A stretch of 64,000 nt of DNA from Rhodothermales bacterium (lineage in GTDB: Bacteria; Bacteroidota; Rhodothermia; Rhodothermales; Bin80). How positions within the stretch are numbered: the stretch's first letter is position 1; the number at the start of each line of letters is the position of its first letter. The notes under the pieces were generated by a model. That model did no database searches and was not told the origin of the DNA. It worked only from the letters and a program-made list of their open reading frames with translations. Shown piece by piece: positions 48,062 through 57,612 of the stretch. Made by a program: the position numbers and the translations under genes. The DNA is taken from assembly GCA_965261255.1 (NCBI GenBank), contig CBDHCQ010000004.1, positions 2,830,597 to 2,894,596 on the forward strand, in the 5' to 3' direction.

Positions 48062-49555
48062 CTATAGCGCTGCCGTGCGCATAGTCCGTTCAAGAGCGGA
48101 CGCGGCATTGATCACGCGGCCTACCGCCGGAGTATCAGGCACCTCTGTACCAGTTTCGTGCAGAATCAAGTACGCCTCATCCGTAGTGAGTTCGGGATTC
48201 ATGGATCTCATAATCCCTAGTAATCCCGTCACAACAGGCGTGGCCATAGATGTGCCGCTCATAGGCTTGTATGTTCCTCTAGGGAACGAAGACAGCAAGT
48301 CAACCCCCGGCGCTGCAATCGGACGGGAAAGGCTGCCAACCGTATTGGAAAAACCAGCCTTCGCAAGATCCCTGTCAACCGCCGCGACAGCAATCACACC
48401 ACCAATGTTGGATGGGAAATGATCAATCGCATCCTCGTCGGCATTACCCGCTGAAGCGGCCACGATAACCCCACGGTTGATTGCGTACTCCACAGCGTTC
48501 GTCAGCACCCGAGGCGGGACATCAGACTTACTGCCTAACGACATAGAAATCACATCCGCCTGGGCTCTTGTAGCATCAATGATTGCCTGCGCTATCTGCT
48601 CCAGCGAGCCTCGACCTGCATCTCCAAGGGCCTGGAATCCCAACAACTCGATAAACCGCCCCTCCCAGTTTAATGATGCAATACCAAGACCATTGTTGGT
48701 TGTCGCACCGGCAATTCCGGCGCAGTGCGTTCCATGTCCATGCTCATCCCCTGTAACCCCCACCGCATAGACTGCCTGCAAGTCTTCATGATCAGACTCA
48801 ACCCCGGTATCTAGTATGGCAACGCGAGCCTTGCGTACAGGGCTCGTATCCATGAGCGCTGCATGCGCTTCGTGCGCCTGAATAGCATCCAGTGCCCACT
48901 GCTGGGCTAGGTGTGGATCATTTCCCAGAACTGTGCTTCCCGACTGGTACTCAATCCTGTCGGATGGCGGAAGAGATAGACCAATCTCGACATTGAGTTC
49001 CACATGATCTACATTCTCTGTGTCTGCTCTGAGAGCAGACATCATGGCTTCCGCACGGCGTGATGACACACTGACCAGATAAACCTGTGCCAGATCTACA
49101 TCCTCGGCAAGCGTTAGCTCAGGAAACGCACGCTCCCAGGATTCTGCAAAGCGGTCCAGAATATCCTCTACTTCAAGTATTGAATCATCGGGTCCTAACT
49201 CAACCAGTACAGATTGCTCCGTTTGATGCCACATTGATTGCCACAGATGTCTGGCCCCAAACAGTAACCCCGACAACACCAGGGAGGCTACTCCCAGGAT
49301 AACAAAAGGACGTGCGTTTTCTGCCAATTTTCTGAAACCCATGTACGCCGCGGCCAGAAGCAGGCTGATACCGCCATCCCTGAGCAACTCAATGATCACC
49401 TGAATGAATCCGTCTCCTGACCAGAGCCGCGCAATCACTGCACCAATACCTAGGGCAAAACCTGCCAGGATAACCCAGGAACCGTTGCCCCTGTGCCCGA
49501 TACCGATAGCTATGAGAAGCAATGCGGTGGCCGTGATGACAGTTATGATATCCAT
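48062..49555 (-). CDS. S8 family (subtilisin-like) serine peptidase with N-terminal multi-TM region
   Basis: Catalytic triad contexts [26 protein letters not shown] and [12 protein letters not shown]. The first 100 or so residues form about four hydrophobic helices. Confidence 0.85.
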   Translation of the reverse strand: MDIITVITATALLLIAIGIGHRGNGSWVILAGFALGIGAVIARLWSGDGFIQVIIELLRDGGISLLLAAAYMGFRKLAENARPFVILGVASLVLSGLLFGARHLWQSMWHQTEQSVLVELGPDDSILEVEDILDRFAESWERAFPELTLAEDVDLAQVYLVSVSSRRAEAMMSALRADTENVDHVELNVEIGLSLPPSDRIEYQSGSTVLGNDPHLAQQWALDAIQAHEAHAALMDTSPVRKARVAILDTGVESDHEDLQAVYAVGVTGDEHGHGTHCAGIAGATTNNGLGIASLNWEGRFIELLGFQALGDAGRGSLEQIAQAIIDATRAQADVISMSLGSKSDVPPRVLTNAVEYAINRGVIVAASAGNADEDAIDHFPSNIGGVIAVAAVDRDLAKAGFSNTVGSLSRPIAAPGVDLLSSFPRGTYKPMSGTSMATPVVTGLLGIMRSMNPELTTDEAYLILHETGTEVPDTPAVGRVINAASALERTMRTAAL

Positions 49556-49620
49556 ATCAAAATTGAGAGATCCTCCTCGATTGACCTACGATTAGATGTC
49601 CACCTGGTTGCATTGAGCAT

Positions 49621-49628
49621 TATATTTG
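49621..49628 (+). promoter_or_regulatory. candidate Bacteroidota-type -7 promoter box (TATATTTG) for glpK
   Basis: Matches TAnnTTTG. It ends 24 nt upstream of the glpK ATG at 49652, inside the 96-bp divergent spacer shared with the S8 peptidase gene. Confidence 0.35.
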
Positions 49629-49651
49629 TGTCAGTTCACAATCCTCCAAGC

Positions 49652-51133
49652 ATGTCATACATTCTTGCCCTTGATCAGGGAACTACGAGTTCGCGCGCCA
49701 TTATTTTCGACAGAGAGGGTTCTATAGTCGGGATGGCACAGCAGGAATTCCCTCAGATTTATCCTCAGCCCGGCTGGGTCGAACACGATCCAACCGCTAT
49801 CTGGAACTCCCAATTGTCGGTAGCCAGCGAGGTCTTGCAGAACTGCGGACTGCTCTGTCAGGATATAAAGGCAATCGGAATCACCAACCAGCGCGAAACG
49901 ACTATTGCATGGGATCGGGATACGGGTCATCCCATTCACAACGCTATTGTTTGGCAGGATCGCCGCACCGCCGGCCAATGCGACCAATTACGCGCTGATG
50001 GACAGGCAGATTTATTTCAGTCACGCACCGGACTAGTATTGGATCCGTACTTCTCCGGCACAAAAATCAAGTGGATCCTAGACCATGTTCCGGGTGCACG
50101 GAATCTGGCGGCAGCAGACCGCCTGTGCATCGGTACAGTGGATACATGGCTGATCTGGAAGCTTACGAACGGCAAACAATACTGCACAGATGTCTCGAAC
50201 GCAAGCCGCACGCTGCTTTATAACATGCACACGCATGACTGGGACGACGAACTTTGTGCAGTGCTTAATGTGCCGCCGGAAATTCTGCCGAATGTCGTTC
50301 CATCAAGCGGCGTGATTGGAGAAACAACCCTCCTGGGTACCCCGGTCCCCATCGCTGGAGTTGCCGGTGATCAACAGGCGGCCCTGTTCGGACAGGTGTG
50401 CACAAAGCCCGGTATGGTAAAAAATACCTATGGTACGGGCTGCTTTCTACTGATGAACACAGGGACAAATGCCATTCCTTCCACAAACAGACTCCTCACC
50501 ACCGTTGCATGGAAGCTAAACAATGAAACGCAGTACGCGCTTGAGGGCAGCGTTTTTGTTGGCGGTGCAGTCGTTCAATGGCTGCGAGACCAACTTGGAC
50601 TTATTGCCTCATCGTCCGAAGTGGAGGAACTCGCATCACAAGTGCCGGATAATGGGGGAGTAACCATCGTGCCGGCCTTCACAGGACTGGGAGCACCACA
50701 CTGGGATCCCTATGCCAGGGGCACAATTGTAGGACTGACACGCGGCAGCAATGCAGCGCATATCGCCCGGGCAGCACTCGAAAGTATTGCATACCAGAGC
50801 GCAGATGTAATCAGAGCCATGGAAGCAGACGCCGGTGTGGAACTTAAGGAAGTGCGCGTAGACGGCGGGGCAACGGCAAACAACCTGCTCATGCAGTTTC
50901 AGGCAGATATTCTGGGGGTTCCTGTGGTCCGACCTGTCGTGCGCGAAACGACCGCGCTGGGGGCTGCTTACCTTGCAGGAATCGCAGTGGAACAGTGGGC
51001 CGGTTTTGATGATCTTAGCCAGTTGTGGCAAAAAGAGCAAACCTTTGAACCACAAAAATCACGCTCAGACGCATCTGCACTGATGGAATCCTGGGCTGCT
51101 GCTGTTGAACGCTCCAAAGGTTGGGATCGCTAA
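49652..51133 (+). CDS. glpK: glycerol kinase
   Basis: [28 protein letters not shown] and [13 protein letters not shown]-like motifs. The track start (49493) overlaps the divergent peptidase gene, so M54 is chosen. Confidence 0.95.
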   Translation: MSYILALDQGTTSSRAIIFDREGSIVGMAQQEFPQIYPQPGWVEHDPTAIWNSQLSVASEVLQNCGLLCQDIKAIGITNQRETTIAWDRDTGHPIHNAIVWQDRRTAGQCDQLRADGQADLFQSRTGLVLDPYFSGTKIKWILDHVPGARNLAAADRLCIGTVDTWLIWKLTNGKQYCTDVSNASRTLLYNMHTHDWDDELCAVLNVPPEILPNVVPSSGVIGETTLLGTPVPIAGVAGDQQAALFGQVCTKPGMVKNTYGTGCFLLMNTGTNAIPSTNRLLTTVAWKLNNETQYALEGSVFVGGAVVQWLRDQLGLIASSSEVEELASQVPDNGGVTIVPAFTGLGAPHWDPYARGTIVGLTRGSNAAHIARAALESIAYQSADVIRAMEADAGVELKEVRVDGGATANNLLMQFQADILGVPVVRPVVRETTALGAAYLAGIAVEQWAGFDDLSQLWQKEQTFEPQKSRSDASALMESWAAAVERSKGWDR

Positions 51134-51163
51134 CAATTACTTTCAAATTAGCCTATATAAGCC

Positions 51164-51874
51164 ATGAGTCCATTTCTGGGTGAATTTATCGGTACCGCAA
51201 TACTGCTCCTTCTTGGAGACGCGGTCGTCGCAAACGTCGTGCTCAAGGATACCAAGGGGAGCGGCGCCGGCTGGGTTGCCATCAACTTTGGCTGGGGCAC
51301 CGCCGTTTTCATAGCCGTTTTTATCGTGGCTGAGTACAGCGGTGCGCATATCAACCCTGCGGTTACGCTGGGACTCGCACTTGCAGGAAGCTTTGAATGG
51401 GCATCGGTCCCCATGTATCTTGCAGCACAGTTTCTGGGAGGAGCGTTAGGCGCATTCCTGGTCTGGCTACACTACCGGGATCACTTTGACGCAACCGACG
51501 ATGCAGACGCAAAGTTAGCTGTGTTCTGCACCGCACCCGCCATCCGCAACAACCTATCAAACCTTCTGAGTGAAATCATTGCAACCTTTGTTCTGGTGTT
51601 CGCTGTGCTATACATGGTGAAGCCGGATGTTGGCCTTGGCGCTTTGGATGCACTCCCCGTTGGTGCTGTAGTTTTGGCGATCGGGTTGACTCTAGGGGGC
51701 ACAACGGGGTACGCCATCAATCCTGCCCGAGACCTTAGCCCGCGCATTATTCACGCGCTGGTCCCGATCAGAGGCAAACGCGACAATGACTGGGGTTACG
51801 CCTGGATTCCCGTTTTGGGACCAATCATAGGTGGACTGCTCGCCGGAGGTGCCTTCGCACTGATTGGAAGCTAA
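51164..51874 (+). CDS. glpF: aquaglyceroporin (MIP family glycerol facilitator)
   Basis: 236 aa. Two NPA boxes (GAHINPAVT and YAINPARD). It sits downstream of glpK. Confidence 0.9.
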   Translation: MSPFLGEFIGTAILLLLGDAVVANVVLKDTKGSGAGWVAINFGWGTAVFIAVFIVAEYSGAHINPAVTLGLALAGSFEWASVPMYLAAQFLGGALGAFLVWLHYRDHFDATDDADAKLAVFCTAPAIRNNLSNLLSEIIATFVLVFAVLYMVKPDVGLGALDALPVGAVVLAIGLTLGGTTGYAINPARDLSPRIIHALVPIRGKRDNDWGYAWIPVLGPIIGGLLAGGAFALIGS

Positions 51875-52061
51875 CCGGCTACTACATAACTGGGGATGTG
51901 CAGGATTGCGAGGCAAATGCCGACCATCCACCAGATACGCGCCGACTGATCGTTCAAGGGACCACCAGTGGTCGGCGGCTACTATTGATAATTGCTACGC
52001 TTTTCCGAAGAATTGGTCGTGAAGGGGGACGCAGCCCACCTCATCTGCAAACGGATACTCT

Positions 52062-53852
52062 TTATCGAACAAGCGTGACCGCACGCGTGATTTGCTGATT
52101 ATCCTTGCGGAGAACGAGCCAGTAAAGTCCGCTCGCCAGCGCATACTCACTTGCCGTCATGGTCAGTGCATGCTGACCAGGCTGCTTGTACTCGCCCTCA
52201 ATCAGCGTAACGCTACTTCGCCCAATCACGTCAACCATCTGTAAAGTGACGGTTCCAGGCTCCTCTAGCGTGTATTCAATCTGTGTCTGCTGCTTGAATA
52301 CAGTAGGATATATCACCATACTTAAGCCCGGCCGGGCCAACTCCGAATCCAAGCCTGTTTGCACAGGAGATGCTACTATGTTACTCGGACCGCTCTCAAC
52401 AGAATTGGAGTTCACAGACTGCACGAAATACCAATAATTTCCGGCATCTGCACTTGGACTGTCTGTTACTGTGGTTCTTCCAGTAATAGCAATCAAATTG
52501 CGCGCATCCTGGGCAGCAGTGGTTGCATCCGGCTCTAATTCGCTTCTTACGCGATATGTAGCGTAGCGTGCGGGAGCTTCGCCAGGAGAATCCCACGTCA
52601 ATCGGACTGTTCCACCATCCTGCGAAGCAACTAGGTTTAGGGGGGCAGCCGGCGCGACCTGATCCTTCCAATCCATGGATGGTGTGAGCGCTGGATATTG
52701 ATAAAGTCCCTCCCGCATGATACGTGCAAAGTTTCTCCCGCGACCGGGAAGCAGATGACGTGCCCGAAAGAATATACTTCCATGAATCCCAAAGTAATCC
52801 CGGTTAAAGGCCACTTGATTGGGAATTTCCATCGGACTGAATGGCGGAGATGCTTCGGTTCGATAAAGCCCATGGCCCGGGTATAAATGTCGGTCATCTA
52901 TTTGGTCTGCCCACCAAGGTGCCAGTATTTCGTAGGCCTGTGCACCTCCGAAGGGCCAATACAATTGCGGCGCGAGGTAATCAATAGTCTTTTGTCTGAT
53001 CCAGGCCGTAGCATCCGCGAAGATTACGCTGTAAGCATCAAGCCCGCTAATCCCTGCCGGCACGTTCTTCTTCCAGATACCAAACGGGCTTATCCCAAAC
53101 TTGATCGCTGGATCAAATGAGCGCAAACTGTCGGCAACCTGTGCAATCAGAAGGTTAACATTATCCCGACGCCAATCAAACAGACTCATGAACCCGCGGC
53201 TCTCCGTCTGGAATGTCTGACTGTCCTGCGTGGTGATCTGATTGGGGGGATACGGATAGAAATAGTCGTCAAAATGGACCCCGTCGATATTGTAGCGACG
53301 CGCCACATCCATGATGATGGATACAACATAATTGCGCACTTCCTCTTTTCCTGGATCCAGCAGCGTCAGCGGTCCGGCTTTATAGGTCCACTCTGGATGT
53401 GTTACCGTAACATGGTTATCTGCAGGTGTGAATGACGAACCGTTGTCGGCCCGATAGGGATTAAACCATGCGTGTAGCTCCATGCCTCGACTATGAGACT
53501 CGTCAATGACAAACGCCAGGGGGTCATATCCGGGATCCCTTCCCTGCCTGCCCGTTAGATAGTGGGACCATGGCTCATAGTTAGATTCGTACATGGCATC
53601 CCCAATCGAACGCACTTGGAAAATTACCGCGTTGATCCCTGCATTCTGGAGATGGTCCAGAAGCTGCCGCAAAGCTCTCTTCTGCTGAGACTCACTTGCT
53701 CCCTGCTGTGGCCAATCCAACCCATAGACAGTGGCGATCCAGGCAGCCCGGAATTCATGCTTGGGAGGCGCAGCGATTTGGGCCTGTGTGCCCGGCAACA
53801 TCACAACGAGCATCGCTGCTAGGAGACATAACTGAATCCAAGATCTCATCAC
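52062..53852 (-). CDS. glycoside hydrolase-like 10 (GHL10/DUF187-type) protein with T9SS C-terminal sorting domain
   Basis: 596 aa. Signal peptide, FRAAWIATVYGLDWP and DGVHFDDYFYP typical of the family, and a C-terminal beta-rich tail (...GLYWLVLRKDNQQITRAVTLVR) that looks like a Por secretion tail. Confidence 0.7.
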   Translation of the reverse strand: MMRSWIQLCLLAAMLVVMLPGTQAQIAAPPKHEFRAAWIATVYGLDWPQQGASESQQKRALRQLLDHLQNAGINAVIFQVRSIGDAMYESNYEPWSHYLTGRQGRDPGYDPLAFVIDESHSRGMELHAWFNPYRADNGSSFTPADNHVTVTHPEWTYKAGPLTLLDPGKEEVRNYVVSIIMDVARRYNIDGVHFDDYFYPYPPNQITTQDSQTFQTESRGFMSLFDWRRDNVNLLIAQVADSLRSFDPAIKFGISPFGIWKKNVPAGISGLDAYSVIFADATAWIRQKTIDYLAPQLYWPFGGAQAYEILAPWWADQIDDRHLYPGHGLYRTEASPPFSPMEIPNQVAFNRDYFGIHGSIFFRARHLLPGRGRNFARIMREGLYQYPALTPSMDWKDQVAPAAPLNLVASQDGGTVRLTWDSPGEAPARYATYRVRSELEPDATTAAQDARNLIAITGRTTVTDSPSADAGNYWYFVQSVNSNSVESGPSNIVASPVQTGLDSELARPGLSMVIYPTVFKQQTQIEYTLEEPGTVTLQMVDVIGRSSVTLIEGEYKQPGQHALTMTASEYALASGLYWLVLRKDNQQITRAVTLVR

Positions 53853-54153
53853 AATACCCCAAAAATGTTTAGCGAGAGCATTGAATTCAATGCAGTGAAC
53901 TACTACTCAGTTAGTCGATTTGGGAGCCCATAAAGATAAGCCCGGGCAGTATCTCATGAAGGATAAAGATGAGCGGATAGCCAAAGTAGTGCGCTCCCCT
54001 ATAACTCTCCGTTGTCACGCAAATGTAATCATTGCAGCTTCACGCACGCGACCGAATCCATGCTACGGTGAGAGATCAGATTCTGATCTTCAATGGCATC
54101 ATCGCAATGCTATTTGACACATTCGCCGCCATCATCCTTTGGAGAAAGCAACC

Positions 54154-55728
54154 TCAGTCGGGAATCCGGAGTGTCTTGGCAAGATTGGAATCCGCCTTCT
54201 CCCAATTTTTTTTCAGTCTGGTAGTTGCCTCCTTGCGTGCATTCTGGTCCCCCTTCATTTTTGCGGCAGCAACCATACCAATGAAGGACAGTGACCTCCC
54301 CGGCGCTCTTGCCAAAGAAGTTTCGAATGCTTTCAAGGCCTCCGCCCCCTTGCCGGCCTTCAGGAAATACTCGCCAAGGCGTTCATGCGTCGGCTTTGCA
54401 GGTTTGGGAGGACCATATTCCATCGGTCTGCCCGACTCCATATCCGCTGCCGTCCTGAGTAAATCAATTGCACCGTCTAGATGACCTTCCAATTCTAGAA
54501 GCTCCGCTTTCAGCTGATGCTGAAGCAACTCCCCTACCTCTGCGCCCTCCAAATGCATTAGGTCATAAACCGCTCTACTCGCCGCGTCCTCATCACCACT
54601 TGCCAAAGCCGCACTGCCTCTGATAAAGAGGAGGTCCGCGATACTATTGGGGCTCAGTCCTTTAGTATCTACTTCAATTTTTGCATAGTCCGAGTCCCAC
54701 TGTTGCGTTTCTACCAAGTAAGTAGTCGCCATGGAAACCAAATGCCTTCGTGCCAGCGTACTACCACTTTCCTCGACGTCACTAATCATGTCTTTAAGCA
54801 ACTCCTCGGCTTCTGCATGGCGACCCTGTTGTAAATAAGCGTAAGCAAGCCAATGTCTGGCGTGAAAAGAACGTGCATTCACATCCAATCCCCTTCGTCG
54901 CATGCGTGCATCACTTGCGGCAAATGACTCCTCATTGGCCGATGCAACCTCAGGCCACATTCCCAATGCAGTGAAGATATGCGACGGCATATGAAGGGCA
55001 TGGGCCGCATCGGGTGCAATGGCTGCATAGGTGCGTGCCGCACGCAGCCCGAGTGGGGCATGAATCGGGTCGTCATACGAGTGAATCAGGTAATGTGCGG
55101 CACCCGGATGCCGCGGGTTTTTAGCGAATACTTCTTCAGCGATCGCGGCCGCACGCATGTACAATACAAAATCACGACCGTGGTGCGCCAGACCTAGGAT
55201 TGAGAGCGCATGGAACGCAGCTGCGTCCAAGTCATCCGGGTATCTGGCAGAAAGAGCTGCCATCTGCTCTTCAAATGCAAAATCCCGCGTTCTCTTGTCT
55301 CCCTCACTGAAATACAGCGCATCTGCTGCACGCAGATAATCCTTCTCCCGCGTCGTGGGAGCCTTTGCCAGACGTCCCTGCAGGTCTGGAGCAAGCTCCA
55401 GCAGCACATCCCGGGCCTTCTCTGTACTCTGCTGCATCCAGATCGGATGATTATAGGCCATAGCCTCCCCCCAATAAGCCATCGCGAAATCGGGATCAAT
55501 TTTGCGTGCTTCCGAGAAAGCCTCGCGGGCATCTTCATACTCAAAGCTGTGCAGCAAAAGTATTCCGCGGGAGAACATATCCTGTGCCTCATGGGCACCG
55601 GAATTCTCAAACGCCGTGCTTCCGAGTCCGGTTACCTGTGCCTTCACAGGTAGAACAACAAGACACAACAGTGACAACAATGTGATTGAATGGCGATAAA
55701 GCATGCTTCGAAATGGGTTTTCAGTCAA
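54154..55728 (-). CDS. secreted TPR-like repeat protein with conserved His-rich core
   Basis: 524 aa. Signal peptide, TPR-like helical repeats, and His motifs (HYLIHSYDDPIHAP, HALHMPSHIF). It overlaps the aroE stop by 8 nt. Confidence 0.6.
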   Translation of the reverse strand: MTENPFRSMLYRHSITLLSLLCLVVLPVKAQVTGLGSTAFENSGAHEAQDMFSRGILLLHSFEYEDAREAFSEARKIDPDFAMAYWGEAMAYNHPIWMQQSTEKARDVLLELAPDLQGRLAKAPTTREKDYLRAADALYFSEGDKRTRDFAFEEQMAALSARYPDDLDAAAFHALSILGLAHHGRDFVLYMRAAAIAEEVFAKNPRHPGAAHYLIHSYDDPIHAPLGLRAARTYAAIAPDAAHALHMPSHIFTALGMWPEVASANEESFAASDARMRRRGLDVNARSFHARHWLAYAYLQQGRHAEAEELLKDMISDVEESGSTLARRHLVSMATTYLVETQQWDSDYAKIEVDTKGLSPNSIADLLFIRGSAALASGDEDAASRAVYDLMHLEGAEVGELLQHQLKAELLELEGHLDGAIDLLRTAADMESGRPMEYGPPKPAKPTHERLGEYFLKAGKGAEALKAFETSLARAPGRSLSFIGMVAAAKMKGDQNARKEATTRLKKNWEKADSNLAKTLRIPD

Positions 55729-56575
55729 GTAAACCTCTCAATGTACTGTTTACCAGTTCAATTGGCAAATCCAGATCCGTCCACTGCCTGTACGCAGCAG
55801 CGGCCTGCTCCACCAGCATGGCTAGTCCCCCAATCACAGTGGCACCACGAGATTCGGCGTCCTCGAGTAATCGGGTACAGCTCGGCCGATAAACCAGATC
55901 ATAGACCACTTGTCCCGCCGAGAGATCTTCCCGCTGTTCCCAAGGTGTTTCCCTAGTGTTCGGATGCATCCCTACCGGTGTCGAATTAACGAGTAGCCGA
56001 CTATTGCGAACATGCATGGCCGCAGACGCAAAATCTGTCACATTCAACTCCCCGTCACCGCTAAATTTTGCCAAGTCCTTCGCCAATTTTTCTGCCTGCT
56101 CAACCCTTCGTGCTACGACAGTCAGTGGGCACGGGCGGTAATGTTTAAGTAAACCATATGCCACAGCTCGTGCTGCGCCACCTGCACCAAGCAAAACCAT
56201 CGGCTTGCCCTTAATCTCCATCCCCCGCAGTGGAGACAGAAAACCTTCAACGTCGGTGTTGTCACCGTAAAGCTGGCCCCCCTTGCAGACGATTGTATTC
56301 ACTGCACCTACAGCCTTGGCCGCGCTGGTGAGACTGTCCATATACGGCAATACTGCCTCCTTGTAGGGAAGCGTAACATTCGCTCCGGCAAAACCTAGTG
56401 CAGACAATCCCTGCAAAGCCTGAGGCAAACTATTCGGCAGGACATCTGCCGCAAGATAGACAAAGTTCAATCCTTGGTGTCTCAGCGCGGTATTATGGAT
56501 GATGGGCGAAAATGAATGCCTCACGGGATGACCGAGGATGGCTATCATCCTGGTTCTCGCATCGGGAAAAATCAT
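55721..56575 (-). CDS. aroE: shikimate dehydrogenase
   Basis: 284 aa. Shows LGHPVRHSFSPIIHN, ANVTLPYKE, NTDVEGF and GAGGAARAV. Confidence 0.9.
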   Translation of the reverse strand: MIFPDARTRMIAILGHPVRHSFSPIIHNTALRHQGLNFVYLAADVLPNSLPQALQGLSALGFAGANVTLPYKEAVLPYMDSLTSAAKAVGAVNTIVCKGGQLYGDNTDVEGFLSPLRGMEIKGKPMVLLGAGGAARAVAYGLLKHYRPCPLTVVARRVEQAEKLAKDLAKFSGDGELNVTDFASAAMHVRNSRLLVNSTPVGMHPNTRETPWEQREDLSAGQVVYDLVYRPSCTRLLEDAESRGATVIGGLAMLVEQAAAAYRQWTDLDLPIELVNSTLRGLLD

Positions 56576-56658
56576 TTTATTGGTTTGGGGCGAAAGATCT
56601 ATTCATTGTCTTAAATTTACGCTCCTAGTAAGTTACTTCACCAAAAGAGAGATAATCC

Positions 56659-57402
56659 GTGGACTGGATTACGAGCCCCGAAGCCCTCATAGCCCTCGCA
56701 ACACTTACACTGTTGGAGGTGGTTTTGGGCATTGACAACGTCGTTTTTATTTCCATCCTTTCGTCCAAGCTGCCCGAGGACCAGCAACCGCGTGCCCGTT
56801 TTCTGGGATTAGCGCTCGCGATGTTTGGCCGCATTGTACTGTTGTTGTCACTTAATTGGATCATGCGCCTTGAGGCTACGCTGTTTGAGGTACTTGGTCA
56901 GGAAATCTCTGGACGGGACCTGATCCTGATCGGCGGGGGGCTTTTCCTGCTGGCCAAGGCTACACACGAAATTCACGACAAACTTGAGGTACCTGAATCA
57001 TCGCACAAGAAGGCTGTGGTAGCCTCTTTTTCCCATGTAATTATCCAGATCCTGCTCCTGGATATAGTCTTTTCTCTGGACTCTGTGATCACGGCAGTCG
57101 GTATGGCCGATCGAGTCGAGATCATGATTATAGCCATTGTTATCGCGATCATCGTGATGATGGTTTCGGCCGGCTCAATCTCAAGGTTCATTGAGAAAAA
57201 CCCGACCATCAAGATTCTTGCGCTGTCCTTCCTGCTTTTAATCGGCATGGCGCTGATCGCCGAAGGCTTTGAACTGCATATCCCAAAGGGGTATCTCTAC
57301 TTTGCAATAGCCTTCTCACTCCTGGTGGAACTACTGAATCTTCGCATGCGGCGCAATAAAGTCCCCGTTCAGCTGCAAAGCTCTCGACGCCCCGCAGACT
57401 GA
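56659..57402 (+). CDS. TerC family integral membrane protein
   Basis: 247 aa with a GTG start. Shows LLEVVLGIDNVVFISIL and DIVFSLDSVITAVGM, the duplicated TerC motifs. Confidence 0.85.
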   Translation: MDWITSPEALIALATLTLLEVVLGIDNVVFISILSSKLPEDQQPRARFLGLALAMFGRIVLLLSLNWIMRLEATLFEVLGQEISGRDLILIGGGLFLLAKATHEIHDKLEVPESSHKKAVVASFSHVIIQILLLDIVFSLDSVITAVGMADRVEIMIIAIVIAIIVMMVSAGSISRFIEKNPTIKILALSFLLLIGMALIAEGFELHIPKGYLYFAIAFSLLVELLNLRMRRNKVPVQLQSSRRPAD

Positions 57403-57453
57403 TCCACATGCTATCAAAATAGCTGTAGCCCTGACACCTAAACGATGCGTTCC

Positions 57454-57594
57454 TCACGGCGCTAAATGCTTGCTCATGCTTTTAACCAATTTATCAATCA
57501 TATCATACAGATCATCTTCATCTACACATTTGAGTCCAAGCCCCTCGTTAAACGTGGAAGAGTCGAATTTGAGATGATTCCGGTTCGGCGGGTG
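57454..57594 (-). pseudogene. orphan 46-codon open stretch in frame with, and just downstream of, the HNH gene (possible lost C-terminus)
   Basis: My own translation: ...SEV-TGA-LGKLE-TAG-HPPNRNHLKFDSSTFNEGLGLKCVDEDDLYDMIDKLVKSMSKHLAP-TGA. It is in the same frame as 57613..58656 and has no start codon near its 5' end. Confidence 0.3.
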
Positions 57595-57612
57595 CTATTC
57601 AAGCTTTCCTAA

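Noticed and set aside
56576-56658. yybP-ykoY (Mn) riboswitch upstream of the TerC-family gene
   Set aside because: The family association made me look. The 83-nt leader is too short and lacks the conserved GGGGAGTAG / GTTGGCAAGAC-like segments as far as I can recall them.
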